In this document: one piece after another, positions 28,738 to 42,900 of the stretch
Numbering within the stretch: position 1 is the first letter of the stretch
Layout: every line of letters begins with the position of its first letter
Source: Narcine bancroftii
Lineage: Eukaryota
Length of the DNA stretch: 64,000 nucleotides
Assembly: GCF_036971445.1 (NCBI RefSeq)
Contig: NC_091474.1
Location: 8,308,001-8,372,000 of the forward strand
Reading direction: 5' to 3'
Translations under genes and position numbers: made by a program
Notes under the pieces: generated by a model
Databases searched by the model: none
Seen by the model: only the letters and a program-made list of their open reading frames with translations
Told to the model about the DNA's origin: nothing

Positions 28738-29182
28738 GTACGTTTCTTTTGGTTTAAAACCGAGGTGGCGGAGGGAAAACGGCAGCTGCCAAAGGATCTT
28801 AGCGTTAAAGGAAATTGTGAACCTGCCTGCTCTTGTGCTTTGAGTTGTACTGGTTTGCTGATGAAGCTTGGCTTGTGTCTGACATCTAGGCCCCAGCAGC
28901 CCCATCGATACTCTCGAGCACTTGAGCGGTCCCTTCCCATTCCCCATTTAAACTCATGGCCAAATTGCTCATGGAGTTACTTTGAAACTTTTATGGAGCA
29001 GGGAAACCGGTTTATTTTAATACTTGTACTTCCATAATTGCCATTCTTTGTGGTTGTTCAGGACCAATAATAATCATTTAGAGTTAAGACAGTTATGCCC
29101 TATATTCAAATACAACTTTAGTGTTTGGAAGTTGACATCTAATGCATTTTGTGAACATTATTTTAAACCACGCACGCTAAAG

Positions 29183-29755
29183 AGGGGGGTGGGGGTGGAG
29201 GTCGGGGGGGTGGAGGTCGGGGGGGTGGAGGTCGGGGGGGTGGAGGTCGGGGGGGTGGAGGTCGGGGGGGTGGAGGTCGGGGGGGTGGAGGTCGGGGGGG
29301 TGGAGGTCGGGGGGGTGGGGGTCGGGGGGGTGGGGGTCGGGGGGGTGGGGGTCGGGGGGGTGGGGGTCGGGGGGGTGGGGGTCGGGGGGGTGGGGGTCGG
29401 GGGGGTGGGGGTCGGGGGGGTNNNNNNNNNNNNNNNNNNNNNNNNNNNNNNNNNNNNNNNNNNNNNNNNNNNNNNNNNNNNNNNNNNNNNNNNNNNNNNN
29501 NNNNNNNNNNNNNNNNNNNNNNNNNNNNNNNNNNNNNNNNNNNNNNNNNNNNNNNNNNNNNGGGGGGGGTGGAGGTGGGGGGGTGGAGGTGGGGGGGTGG
29601 AGGTGGGGGGGTGGAGGTGGGGGGGGTGGAGGTGGGGGGGGTGGAGGTGGGGGGGGTGGGGGGGAATGGTGGTGGGGGGGGGTGGTGGAGGTGGGGGTGG
29701 GGGGGGTGGGGGTAGGGGGGTGGGAGTGGGTTTAAGGGGGGGTGGGGGTGGGGGA
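29183..29755 (+). repeat. G-rich tandem repeat, 14-15-bp units (GGGGGGGTGGAGGTC and variants), interrupted by an assembly gap
   Basis: Directly visible. Confidence 0.95.
29422..29561. other. Assembly gap, 140 N
   Basis: Run of N inside the G-rich array. Confidence 1.
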
Positions 29756-30421
29756 GAGAGAGAGAGCCCGTCTCTGCAAAGGCTCCGTGATTGCCACGGG
29801 AGGCTGCATTTGGAACGTGGCAGACATGAACTTCTTTAAACTTTCGCCCGCTGTCGGGGCAGGCGGAGAGTCGCCACTTTGTTCAGCGCCCCTCGCAGAA
29901 ACCGGCTGCGCCTGGTGGTCCTTGGCGGTCTCCCTTCCAAGTACTTCACCAGGCCCGAGGGTCAGGCAATCTCAGTCGTATTCAGACTATGATTTAAAAA
30001 AAGAAAGTAAACAACACCCTATTATTAGCAGTGTTTACGAACATCTTGCACTTCTACCCCAGTGTTACAGAGGTCCAAAATGCTGTGTCATATTTACTTC
30101 ATGATGTAGGATTTAAAAACCTGCTATCAAAGTGAAAGAACCAACTGTGAAATGACAAAAGGAAAGAGGCTTGGGGACATTTGTAAAGTGTTCATTTAGG
30201 AAATTACTCTGGTGTGTTGGGTGAGGATGAAGATCTTTCCATTAGTGTGCACGTTACTAGAAGAACTTTTTATTTCTGCAAAATAGATGTCATAGACCTG
30301 TAGTTTTCAAACTGCCCCCCGAAACTCACTTTCTACCTTTAGCAATCCCTATGCCATAGGTGCTCTGTCTTCGAGACTTATCAAGACCCCAACATCTTTT
30401 CAATAAAAGCTTTGTCGATGA

Positions 30422-30775
30422 CAGCAGTTTTCAAACTGCCCTCCTACACTCACATTCCACCTTAAGCAATCCCTCTGCCATCAGTGGTCTATGCTTACTA
30501 AGGCATTGCCTAAGATGGTCTGTGAGTGGAAAGAAAAAGTTTGAAAACCACTGTTTCAATCATACCTAATTGACTTGTTATGTGCACGGTTTCATAACTC
30601 CAAAGGAAGTGGGCCACTCGCAATTTTTCCCAAGCAAAATATTTCAGTGGTTCTCAACCTTCCCTTTCCACTCACAGACCATCTTGGGCAATGCCTTACT
30701 AATCACAGACCACTGATGGCAGAGGGATTGCTTAAGGTGGAATGTGAGTGTAGGAGGGCAGTTTGAAGACTGCTG
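30422..30775. mobile_element. hAT/Charlie-like MITE with long inverted arms
   Basis: CAGCAGTTTTCAAACTG ... CAGTTTGAAGACTGCTG termini. Same family at 46977-47238, with partial copies at ~30298-30368, ~5480-5574 and ~55107-55700. Confidence 0.7.
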
Positions 30776-31084
30776 TCATCGACAAAACTTTTATTGAGAA
30801 GATGTTGGGGTCTTGATAAGTCTCAAAGACTTGCTATATGTGGGAATCAAGGCTCTCAGTTGTAATTCATGATTAAGCAATAGAGAACAATGGCTGGAAT
30901 TTAAAATGGGGGGTTGATGCTAGTAAGAGTGAAATAAGATTGGTGACGAAGATGCAATATAATTAGTAGAATAGCAAACTTTTTGGGGGATTTCACAAGA
31001 TGGACTTAACCAGGACAAGGGTCACAGCAAGAAAGAAAAATATGGAAGAAGCAAAGGCTTTAAAAATAGTTATTTGGAAATGCT

Positions 31085-31340
31085 AACTATTTTCCTGCTT
31101 GTCCCATCGACCTACATCCAGACCATAGCCCATCCATGTACCTATCCAAATTTCTCTTAAATGTTAAAATCGAACCCACATCATGTAATTCTGTTTCAAG
31201 CTCATTCCACACTCTCACCATCCTGTGTGAAGATGTTCCCCTTAAACTATGCCCTCTTGTTCTTGTCTCATTCAACCTCAGTGGAAATAGCCTGCTTACA
31301 TTTGCCCTATCTATACCCCTTGTCATTTTGTATATGTTTG
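31085..31340 (-). mobile_element. CR1-like LINE 3' end
   Basis: RTRGHSL...RVWNEL...FKRNLDRYM. Confidence 0.75.
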
Positions 31341-31344
31341 GCAA

Positions 31345-34300
31345 AGAGAGAGTGGCGGTGTGTGCTTTTTAATTAATGTGAACTGGTGCACAGACGCCGG
31401 GGACATGCAACCTCCTGTGCTCTACAGCCTTGGATCAAATCTCAGTTAAGTTCAGACACTTCTATCTATTCTGAGAGTTCTCATCAGTGATTCTCACTGG
31501 AGTTTATATCCTTCCCAAAGCTGATTATAAACGAGCATGTGCAGCGCTGCATGATGTGGTCAATAAACAGGAGTTGGCCCACTCCGATGCATTACAAATC
31601 ATAGTCCATGACCTTAACCAGACCTGTCTCAAGAAAACCCAGCCCAATTACAACCACCACATAACCTCCTAAGCCAGAGGTCCCTGCACATTTGTTCAGT
31701 GTGACACCAAGATGAAGGAAAGCCAATGGTTCTTTCCTGAGACCACAATTTGGCAAGAAGGATCACCTGGTGGTGCTCCTTGTGCCTTCATTTAGACAAG
31801 AGCCTAAAAAGAGATGCTCAAGAGATCAGGACAACCAGAAAATGGTTGTAGGAGGCTGAAGAACAGTTACGAACTGCCTTGAGTCAATAGATTGGGTGAT
31901 CTGAGGATCTGAATGATTAAATCAAGGTTATTATAGCACGGATGGCAGTCTCTTCAATCTGAGGCGCCTGCAAGCTCACACCAAGACACAAGAGAAACTT
32001 GTCCGTGAACTACTCTTTGCAGATGATGCCGCTTTAGTTGCCCATTCAGAGCCAGCTCTTCAGCGCTTGATGTCCTGCTTTGCGGAAACTGCCAAAATGT
32101 TCGGCCTGGAAGTCAGCCTGAAGAAAACTGAGGTCCTCCATCAGCCAGCTCCCCACCATGATTACCAGCCCCCCCACATCTCCATCGGGCACACAAAACT
32201 CAAAACGGTCAACCAGTTTACCTATCTCGGCTGCACCATTTCATCAGATGCAAGGATCGACAATGAGATAGACAACAGACTCGCCAAGGCAAATAGCGCC
32301 TTTGGAAGACTACACAAAAGAGTCTGGAAAAACAACCAACTGAAAAACCTAACAAAGATAAGCGTATACAGAGCCGTTGTCATACCCACACTCCTGTTCG
32401 GCTCCGAATCATGGGTCCTCTACCGGCACCACCTACGGCTCCTAGAACGCTTCCACCAGCGTTGTCTCAGCTCCATCCTCAACATCCATTGGAGCGCTTA
32501 CACCCCTAACGTCGAAGTACTCGAGATGGCAGAGGTCGACAGCATCGAGTCCATGCTGCTGAAGATCCAGCTGCGCTGGATGGGTCACGTCTCCAGAATG
32601 GAGGACCATCGCCTTCCCAAGATCGTATTATATGGCGAGCTCTCCACTGGCCACCGTGACAGAGGTGCACCAAAGAAAAGGTACAAGGACTGCCTAAAGA
32701 AATCTCTTGGTGCCTGCCACATTGACCACCGCCAGTGGGCTGATAACGCCTCAAACCGTGCATCTTGGCGCCTCACAGTTTGGCGGGCAGCAACCTCCTT
32801 TGAAGAAGACCGCAGAGCCCACCTCACTGACAAAAGGCAAAGGAGGAAAAACCCAACACCCAACCCCAACCAACCAATTTTCCCTTGCAACCGCTGCAAT
32901 CGTGTCTGCCTGTCCCGCATCGGACTTGTCAGCCACAAACGAGCCTGCAGCTGACGTGGACTTTTTACCCCCTCCATAAATCTTCGTCCGCGAAGCCAAG
33001 CCAAAGAAGATTATAGACTTTATCAAAACAGCTGTGGATGAGTGTGCCCTCACCAAATGAATCCAATGAAATCTGGAACTGTGGAGAGCCAGATCACAGC
33101 CAGAACTCTACACGAGGAACAGGTGCAACCTATGAAAAGCCACCTTCAGGGGAAGTGGAGTTTTCAGACAAAAATGGAAACAACAAAGGATACCCAAAAG
33201 CTGTGGCAGAGCCTAAATGGCATAATCTGCTACAAAACCAAATCTGTTGTAGTAGGAGATAGCAAAGCTTCTCTCCCAAATGAACTCAATGCCTTCTTCG
33301 CTCAATTTGACCATCAGAACAAGGAAGAATTACTGCACACCCCATGGTCCCTGATGAACCTCTACTGTTAGGATCCAAGGATGTAATTTGGGCTGCCTTC
33401 AAGAGAATGAATTCAAGGAAAGTATCCCATCCACATGGAGTATCTGGCTGAGTACTGAACACCTGTGTGGACCAACTTGCCAATGTATTCATGATATCTT
33501 TAGCATCTCACTCCAGCAGGTTGTGGAACCCACCTGTTTCAAACAGGTCTCAGTTCTATGGGTGCCCAAGAAAATTGTGGTAACCAGCGTAAATGACAGT
33601 CGATCAATGACATTCACATCCACAGCAATAAAATGTTTTTAAGAGGCTGGGGTAGAAGTAAATGAACTCTCTGGGTGGTGACATGGATCTATTCCAATTT
33701 GCCTAACACAGCAACAGGTCTATGGCAGATGCCATCTCACTGGCTCCACACAAACCCTGGAAAAACCTGGACAGTAAAAATACTCTTTATAAACTACAGT
33801 TTGGTACTTGACATCATCATCACCTCCAAACTGATTTTCAAACTCCAAGACCCGGACCTCAATACTCCACTGCGTAATTGAATTTTGGATTTCCTCACCT
33901 CCAGACGACATTTAGTAAGAATTGGTAAGAACATCTCCTCCACCATCTCCATCAGTGCCGTAGCATCGCAGGGGCTGCATTCTTAGACCCCTGTTCTTCT
34001 TGCTTTACACCTATGCCTGTGTGATTCAGTATGACAATAACACCATCCTCAAATTTGCTGAAGACACTTGGGTAATGGGTTGTATAAAAGGGACGATGAG
34101 TCCGTGTACAGGAGGGAAGAAAGCATATCAGCACCTCTACTTTCTCAGCAATTTGCGGAGGTTTGGTATGACCTTGAAGCCCTTGGCAAACTTCTATAGA
34201 TCTGTAGTGGAAAATGCTGACTGCTGCATCATGGGTTGATGCCCTGCAAAAGGTAGTGGACACAGCCTAGCACATCCTAGGTAAAACCCTCCCCAACATT

Positions 34301-34662
34301 GAGAAAATGTACCTGGAATGTTGCTGTCGTAGAGCAGCAGCAATCATCAAGGATCCACACCATCTATGACATGCTCTGCTCTTGCTGCTATCTGAAGAGA
34401 GTTATAGGTGGCACAAGATTCAGGAACAGTTGCTATCCATCCACCATCAGACTCATAAACCACAAACTCAGAGACTCATTTAAGAATTCCTACTTTGCAC
34501 ATTATCTGTTATTGAATATTTTCTGTATTACACCATCAGTTTGTTTACATTTCTCTCTTGAGTACACTACCGATAATTAGAAATTCTGCTTGGCTCACAG
34601 GATAAAGAATGTCAGAATTGTAGATGATGTCATGTATATACTATGTCAATAAATCTGAACTT
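31345..34662 (+). mobile_element. Long degraded Rex1/Babar-like LINE, interrupted by the RTE copy
   Basis: Endonuclease-like GVYILP...DLNQ, LPNELNAFFAQF, KFAED remnants; typical tail. Confidence 0.75.
31937..33009 (+). mobile_element. Young RTE-clade LINE, 5'-truncated, intact 3' part of the RT ORF, nested in an older Rex1/Babar element
   Basis: Frame reads ...ELLFADDAAL...FTYLGCTIS...AKANSAFGRL...FPCNRCNRVCLSRIGLVSHKRAC (RT motif and C-terminal zinc finger). Short GAA tail. TSD ATTATAG at 31930-31936 and 33010-33016. Confidence 0.92.
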
Positions 34663-34727
34663 TGAAATCTCCCTCATTCTCCAGCACTCCCAGAAATAAA
34701 GTCCTACTCTATTCTACCTTTCCCTCT

Positions 34728-36200
34728 GATCAGGTTTATTATCATCTGACTGTACATGTATAACCAGAAGAAAACGTTCGCCAATTATGCACACACAGGC
34801 ACATATACTGTCATGCATTTCTTACTCAGCACTTAATAATATAATGTAAAAATAAATATTCTGCAATACATTACTCAAGATCGTTGATTAGAAACCCAAG
34901 GTTGCAAGATACTTTTGGTCATTCTCACAGCCTACAAGAAGAAGCTATTTCCCAAACTGAAAGTCCTAATTTCGATGTTTCTGTAGCTGCTAACTGATGG
35001 TAGTAGGTCAAAGATATTGTGTGATTCATGGTATGAATCCTCAATAATTTTTGAGCCCTATTTAAGGAATATTCCCTGTGAATATCGTCATAAAGGAAGG
35101 GGAGATGTCAGTGATCTTCTCGGCCATTTTCATGATCCTCTATATTGACTTCCAGTTCGATCCTGTACAGCTACCATGCCACACAATCATGCAGTCGGGT
35201 AGGAGACTTTCATTTGTCAAAAGAGCTGGAGAAGCTCAACAGGTTGCACTGCATCTATGGAAAATAACTGGCATTACAGGCCAGAGCCTTTCATCAAGGT
35301 ACCTTGTGTCATACACAAACTAGATGATCCTGTTTGACCTGAATTTGGCAGTGCAGTAATGAATCCACAATATAAACATTAGTGGGCTGAGCACACAGCC
35401 CTGAGGTGTGTCATTGCTCCGCGTGATGGGACTTGAAATTTTTGCAGCAATCTGTACTGATAACGGTCCTTCAGTCATGAAGTTCAAGATCCAGTTGCAG
35501 AGAGGGGTGCTGAGTCTCAGCGAGGACAGTTTATCCATCAGTTTAATCTTCTGAGGTATGATTGTGTTGAGCGCCTAGCTGAAGTCGATGAAGAACAGCC
35601 TGGCTTAAGGTGGGTCAAATCAGAGTGGAGGGTGAAGACTATAGCATTATATGTGGACTAATTTGGACAGTAGGCAAACTGGAATAGATCCAATGTCACT
35701 GAAAGTTGGGATTTGATGTGTTCCATTACAGTCTCTAAAAACATTTCATGATGGTTCAGGTCAGTGACACTGGGCAGTAGTCATTTGGTCCAGTTACTAT
35801 CGCTTTCTTGAGAACCAGGATGGTGGTAGCTGCTTTTGATCCTGCAGGGACAGTGGACTGCTGCAGTGAGTTGTCAAAAGATGTCCATTAGGGTCTCCAT
35901 CAACTGGGCCACATCCAGCCAGTTACGTTATCTGGTCTTGCTTTGTGTGGAAAACAGGATCCTCTGCCTCAACCTATGTACTGTTCTTCAGGGCCAGAGG
36001 AGACTCCTTGGCGTCATTTTTTTTTCATCAAATGTATTCAGCCTGTACGGAAGGAAAGCATCAATGTCATTGATAGGCAGGGCTGACTTGTGGTCAGTTA
36101 TGGTGTGAATATCCTGCCACGTGTGCCTTGTGTCGCTGTCACAGATGTCTGGATTCTCTGTGCATAACCCTGCTTTGCCTTCCCGATTGCACGGGAGAGT
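34728..36200 (-). mobile_element. Degraded Rex1/Babar-like LINE
   Basis: LCNWILNF...PQGCVLSPLMF remnants. Confidence 0.72.
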
Positions 36201-37780
36201 TCATTCCTTGCTGAACTTAATGTCATTTTGTCACCTGATGACCTCAATTCATAGCAATATCCAAGTAAATATTTTTCTGTGCTCTTTCAATCTTTTTGAT
36301 ATAATTTCTATAGGATTGGGATAAATTGACTGGTACACATAGAAAGATGAGGAAATTATTGGATTCAGAATGGTTTTCAGGAACAATACGTCTTAGCTCT
36401 GCATTGAATCTGGAATGAGTCTGTCTTAATTAATCATCAAAATGCTTGTAAAGACATCCAATGCAATGCAATTGAGTTCAATGTAACTTTGAAAGAAAGT
36501 AAAATGAAATCGGTGCTGAGATTCCAGGTTTGGATAAAGCCGCATTTTATAAAATTTAATTTCATGTTATGTAAATTCTGAAAACAAGAAGAATGATATG
36601 ACATTTAATAGTAACGTACTAACTATACATGCAATTTAATGCAAAAAGTATATTCTTGGAAAAATGCTTTCATCATTCCTCCGTAACAATGACTGGTGTT
36701 TTAGCTAGTCTAATGCACCACATGAGCCACCACCTATTCTGTTTCATCAAACCTCTGAACGTGTCCATCTTGGGGATTTCCTGCAAATTATTAACCTAGA
36801 ATTTCCAAATTAAGATGATTGTCAAGGCATGTGGACATATGAATAATTTACTATAAATCATAGTTATTTACCATAAAAGTACTAAAATCATGCACCTTTA
36901 TTCGACGAGTTAGTGTTTAAAAACAGCGTATTAGTGGACTGGGGAAAAAAAAACAAATCTGCTGGAAGAACTCTGCAGTCAGCAGCATCTGGTGATAGTT
37001 GATGTTTCTGGTCCAGACACTATATTAGGAGTGTTAAGGGTGGATGATGAATATAAAATGAGAAGGGTCCAGGTGAGGAGTGGGTTGATGGGCAGATGGA
37101 CCCAGATGGAAGGAGGGGAGAGTGCCAGTAGAGACCAATGCTAGTACTTCTCCACATCATCTTTCATGCTTATCAGATTCCAGAACGTGTGGTACTTTAT
37201 TTCTACTTATCATTTTTCATTCTCTGTTTCTACCTCCACTTTCCCCAACTTGGCTCCCATCTGCCCATTAACCCCCCCTCTTCACTTGGTTCCTCTAATT
37301 GGCTGCCTCATCCTTCCTCCTCACCTTAATTAAACTGGCTATTATCCCTCAATGCCCAGTATCTTATGACCAAATCCTCTACTCATTGAAAGTTGAGGAA
37401 GGACCTTTAGATTCTTGTTGTCAATGACGCATCAGCTTGTAACTGAATATTGTATAATTCTTGCTGCTTTCAGCATTTTCTGAGGAGTTATGAAGAAACA
37501 GACCTGGTGCAAATATCCAACTTCTGATTTTATGATGATTGGGAGATCATTAAAGAAGCGCACGAAAGACGGCAGATGCTGGAATCTGAAGCAAAAAACA
37601 ATCTGCTGGAGGAGCTTAGTGGGTCGATCAGCATCAATATGAGAAATTTTTTGTCATTGTGCTGCTAAACTATAAAAGTTAACAACATTTTGTTCACCAA
37701 AATCTTTCTAACTCAAAAAAAAAAGTATGTCAATAAATCTGTATGGCTGAATATATCTATTTTCCAGTCAGTAATTTTAG

Positions 37781-37957
<177 letters not shown>

Positions 37958-38456
37958 TAACATTAAAGAAGATGTAGAATTTACACATGGTTTTGGAAGA
38001 CCACACTTTGTTAGTAAATATATTTTTAACAATTTGGCTCATCTGAAAAGAATGTAGTAACTACATAGTATTTTTGAACAGCTACATTTTTTTACATTAA
38101 AAGAAGGGCATTTTCTTTTTTTTTTAAATGAAACTTCCCTTAAAATGAATAAGATGTATCAGCAGTTTCATCTGTCAGAACTATTTCAAGTACCATTGCA
38201 ATTGTTTTCTTTGTTTCATACGATATTTTCCTTTTTTTCCCAAAAAAGGCCAGGAAATGAGCCAGGTAAATTTTAAGGAAGTACAGTTCCCCTGACATAG
38301 CAGAGCCCAGTCAAAGGGGTTTTACGGAAATGTATAGTATTGCTTCAGAGCTAGAAAATGTCATAAAATTTGGAAATGTAACAAGTAAAATGATTTTATC
38401 ATTCTTAAAATTATTATTGGAGCAAGAATTGTTAGTTTTTAAATATATAACATTAA

Positions 38457-38810
<354 letters not shown>

Positions 38811-39629
38811 TAGTATTAACCCTTTGGATTCTGGCCATTTTTAAACTTTTCATCATAAATACACCAGACTGGTCAATGGGTCAACCCTTACAGTATTAAA
38901 GCATGGTGGTTGGGTATAAAACCAGTCGCGGAAAACTGGAACGCAGATAATATGCGCTTGTTGGTAAATTTAAATTTCCAGGACTGGTACCTAAACTTGA
39001 ACGAACTGAGAAAATCTATCTATAATTGGTTTTGTCCTTAATAAATGGGACTTATGGATTGGAGAAATGAATGGAGAAAGGCTGACAAAATACAAGATGA
39101 ATTCAATGTCAAATCACAAATAAAGGAAAATAAAGATGAAAGAAAGGAAAATAAAGATGGAAAGTTACATCATATTTAAAAGGAAATGGGCTGACTTTTT
39201 AAAAATCTGCAGGAATGAGGCTCCAAACATTAGAATTCCAGTTTCAAAGTGATTTATTCACAGGAATAATTTGGTTGTTAATGATTCTAGTAATTACTAG
39301 CTCAATATATATACTTTTCATCTTTACTGCATAAAGACAGGAGCAGCAAGACTAAATATCAGGCATTACTGAAATTCAGTGGTAGACTAGGACCACTCAA
39401 GGGAGCACACTGTTAGACACGCAATATGTCCAATGTCTCTGTACCATTTACTCTTAACTAAAAGTGAATAAATTAAAGTGATTTCGGAGCGATTGAGAAA
39501 ACCAAATCTCTCTGTTGGCGTTGTATTTCAGAAGGGGGTAAGGAAAGAGGAAAGCAATCAGAAAATTACTGTGCATTATTGAGTGTATAATTGATTGATT
39601 GCACTAATGCTCTAATCTGGGTTCCACAG

Positions 39630-39827
39630 CAACAGCACTTGATTGAGCTGATTCGCCAACGTGAGACAGAAGCAGCTCTGGAGTTTGCTCAGACTCAGCT
39701 TGCTGAGCAGGGTGAAGAGAGTCGAGAATGTCTTACTGAGATGGAACGTACACTGGCCTTATTAGCTTTTGATAATCCAGAGGAATCACCATTTGGGGAT
39801 CTGCTTAATATGATGCAAAGGCAAAAG
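39630..39827 (+). CDS. GID8: GID8 coding exon 3
   Basis: [66 protein letters not shown]. 198 nt, cacag acceptor, gtaaca donor. Confidence 0.98.
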
Positions 39828-41269
39828 GTAACATTTTTTAGTAGTTGATCATTGGATTTTATCAAAGTTTTTAAGTTTCTTTTCTCATTAAATAAACTGA
39901 GATTATTTCTTATGTAAATTTGTTTCCAGGCTTTGAAGAAAGCCAGCTAATAATTTTAAATAAGTCGATAGGAAATTGTCAGTCTTGACTTGCTAGAATT
40001 TACTAGCTGTTCTGATTGGTAATTGCCAGTAAGTGTCAAGACTACATACTGTGCAAATCATTGTTTCTAGTCAAGTTCTGCAGTCGAGTCCAATAGCAGA
40101 GTAGGTGCTGCTAATATTTATCTGCTTTTATGCTGTGGTTCGACCTCACGCAGGATATACAAATCTCTACCTGAATGGGGATTGTAGAACACAGGGAAAG
40201 AAAGTGAAGAGTGAGGTAACTTTATTTGTAATGGTATATACTTGTAATTATACAAGTGTTTCATTTATTTTCCATAGATGATCCTGAGTGCAGATAAATG
40301 GGAAATTGAAGGTGTTAATTTTCTAAGTGACAAAGGCTTCTGGAGGAGTCCTGTGTTTGAAAGCTTGTTCTGTCCTGCTTATGTGAATCCGTGCCATTGT
40401 GTTTGCCAGGCTCCTTTTTCAAATGTTGAGGTCTGCGAGTTGACCTTCTGGATATGGAGAAAGGGGAAAAAGAGCAGGGAAAGGGCCATGTTTTTAAAGG
40501 AAAAAAGTCTATTGTATCAATAACAAAAATAAATGCTTCGACTTGCACCAAATATGAGTGATCATAATTAACAGTGATATATTTTTGATGTGTTTCTAAT
40601 AGCCTTTGCATTAGCTTGTCGTGGTTTCCTGATTTTGGTTACACTTATTACACAGTAAAACCCCTGTTATCTGGAATTCAAGCAACCACCAAGCAAATTG
40701 TGGAAAGTAAATAGGTAAAATATCCGCGTTTAGAATTGGCATGCCTCGCTGTTAGTTCGCCAATCACGCAACTTACAATCTCAAGCAACTGGAAAATTCA
40801 TTCATCTGGCATCTACCAATCCCCATTGATTGGATCGTGCAAGTATATTTGTTAAAGGGACAAGCAGAGTTACAGTTAGAGAAATGGACCCAAATTTTCT
40901 CTCTTTCTAAATCCTTCTAAATACAATTCAGTATAAGGAATTTGAGTTTCCCAGTATTTGTAAGGGAATTTCACAGACTTTATTTGAAGCAACAATTCCC
41001 TTCCAATAAAGTGATAGCAATAAACTCATTTATGCATGGTCTTGATCTGAAATGGCTAATGTTTTCTGTCTTGGGTTATTTATTTAAAGGAGGGTTAACG
41101 AAATGCTTCTCCACAGTGGATACCTAGCAGTCATCATTAATCTATGACTAAGAAAGGGTGAAACGGCTGTTAGCGTCAGTACCTTCTACGTTGTTTTAAA
41201 AAACTGATGATAAATTTCAAACTTTGGATATGAAGTCTTCAGAAGGATTGGGGATGGGCATGATGGGGG

Positions 41270-41980
41270 ATTGTACTTTCTAAGAATTCTGAGGAGATTT
41301 GGCATGTTAGGAACATAGGAAGTAGGAAAAGGAGTAGGCCAAAAATGGCCCATCGAGCCTGCTCAGCCATTCAATACGATCATGGCTGATCTAATCTATG
41401 ACCTAACTCCACCTACCTGCCTTCTCCCCATATCCCCTAATTCATCTATCATGTAAAAGATAACCCTAATGTTGTCAAATACTTCTATCAAACTTCTACA
41501 GGTGGACAGTGGAAAGTACATTAACTGGTTGCATTTCATGTGCCCAGGAACATGGAGGCTGCAGAATGCAGTAAATGTAGCCTGATCCATCACCAGGTCT
41601 GATCTCCCATCAGTTGCATACATCTATGTGACATGAAGGAAGCCAAAAATCATAAAATAACCCCATCACCCTGGTCACAACTTCTCAGTGTTACCTTTGG
41701 GTAAAAGGTATAGAAAGACCACCACCGCTAGGTAAAAGTACAGTTACTGGCTATCAGGCTCTTGAACCTCCCCTTGTTACACTAATCATGGATTGCCTGC
41801 TGTATTGTAATGCCACTTATTTCTTGGACTGTCATCATTATACATTTATTATTTATCAATCATTTGTATTATTCTCTTCAATTTAATGTAACATTCTTTT
41901 GTGTTTTTTTGAAGTACTTTTTCAGCTGCAAAAGACAAGAATTTTGGTGCATATGTACATTGTAAATGACAATAAACTCA
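41270..41980 (+). mobile_element. Degraded Rex1/Babar-like 3' end with a short CR1/SINE-like insertion (~41310-41465)
   Basis: Similarity to other copies in the window. Confidence 0.6.
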
Positions 41981-42060
41981 TTTTCAGTAAGAAAAGCAAA
42001 GATTAGGGAGGACATTGAGGCTTTAACTGTTTTGAGGTAATTAAAATACAATGTTTACAA

Positions 42061-42900
42061 AGAATCAAATTTATTGTCAGGAACAAGTCACAAAATTAAC
42101 TGTTTTATGGCAACATTACAGTACAAACAAACCACCTCATAAAATAAATAAAAATAGTGCACAAAAAGCCAAAGTAAAGCAATGTCTTTGGTTCATTGAT
42201 CATTCAGGAATCTGACGTCAATGGGAAAAACTGTCCTTGTGCTGCTGAGTGCTCAACTTTAGCCTTCTGTACCTTTTTCTCCAATGGTAGGCTGGATGGT
42301 GGGGGTCCATGAGGATAGAGGCTGCTTTCTTAAGATAGCATGTCTTGTACATGTCCTCGATGAAGTGAAGACTGGTGCCTGTAATGTCGCAGGTCATGTT
42401 AACAGTACACCTATAGAGGTTTACAAGAGTCTTTGGTGACATACCGAATCTCCTCAAAGTATAGCCATTGGTGAGTCTTCTTTGTGATTGCATTGACATG
42501 GATGCTCTAGGACAGATCTTCAGAGATATTGACACCCAGGAATTTGAAGTTCTTGACCCTCTCCACTACTGAGCCCTCAATGAGGATTGGCTCATGCTTT
42601 CCTGACTTCCTCCTTAAGTCCACAATCATCTTGGTTTTGCTAACGTTGAGCTGATTAAGCTGATCTGTATGCTTCCTCATTGCCGTTTGTGATCATGCCA
42701 ACAACCATGGTGCCATCGGCAAATTTGTAGATAGCATTGGAATTTTGCCTGGCCACACAGTCATGGGTGTATAGTTTGTAGAGCAGTGGGCTAAATGCAC
42801 ATCCTTGAGGTGTGTCTATGTTGATGGTCAGTGAGGAGGAGACAGTTTCCAATTCATACTGACTGGTCTTCCGATGCGAAAGTCAAGAATCCAGTTGCAA
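42061..42900 (-). mobile_element. Degraded Rex1/Babar-like LINE
   Basis: TPQGCAFSPLLY...YKFADG, LRRFGMSPKTL.NLYRCT remnants. Confidence 0.78.

Larger units (their letters stand above)
28080..28800. promoter_or_regulatory. CpG island; probable bidirectional promoter for DNAJC5 (-) and GID8 (+)
   Basis: Sharp rise in GC and CpG content between two divergent genes whose ATG exons both start with splice acceptors. NRF1-like GCGCGTGCGCA ~28529-28539, CCAAT 28614-28618, GGGCGG 28645-28650. Confidence 0.8.

Noticed and set aside
27436-29839. Pro-rich and Gly-rich ORFs and the 351-aa ORF 27982-29037
   Set aside because: Products of G-rich repeats and a stop-poor CpG island; no recognisable domain.
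32067-32954. 295-aa ORF as a host or domesticated gene
   Set aside because: 5'-truncated RTE copy, nearly identical to six other fragments in the window, with a TSD and no promoter.
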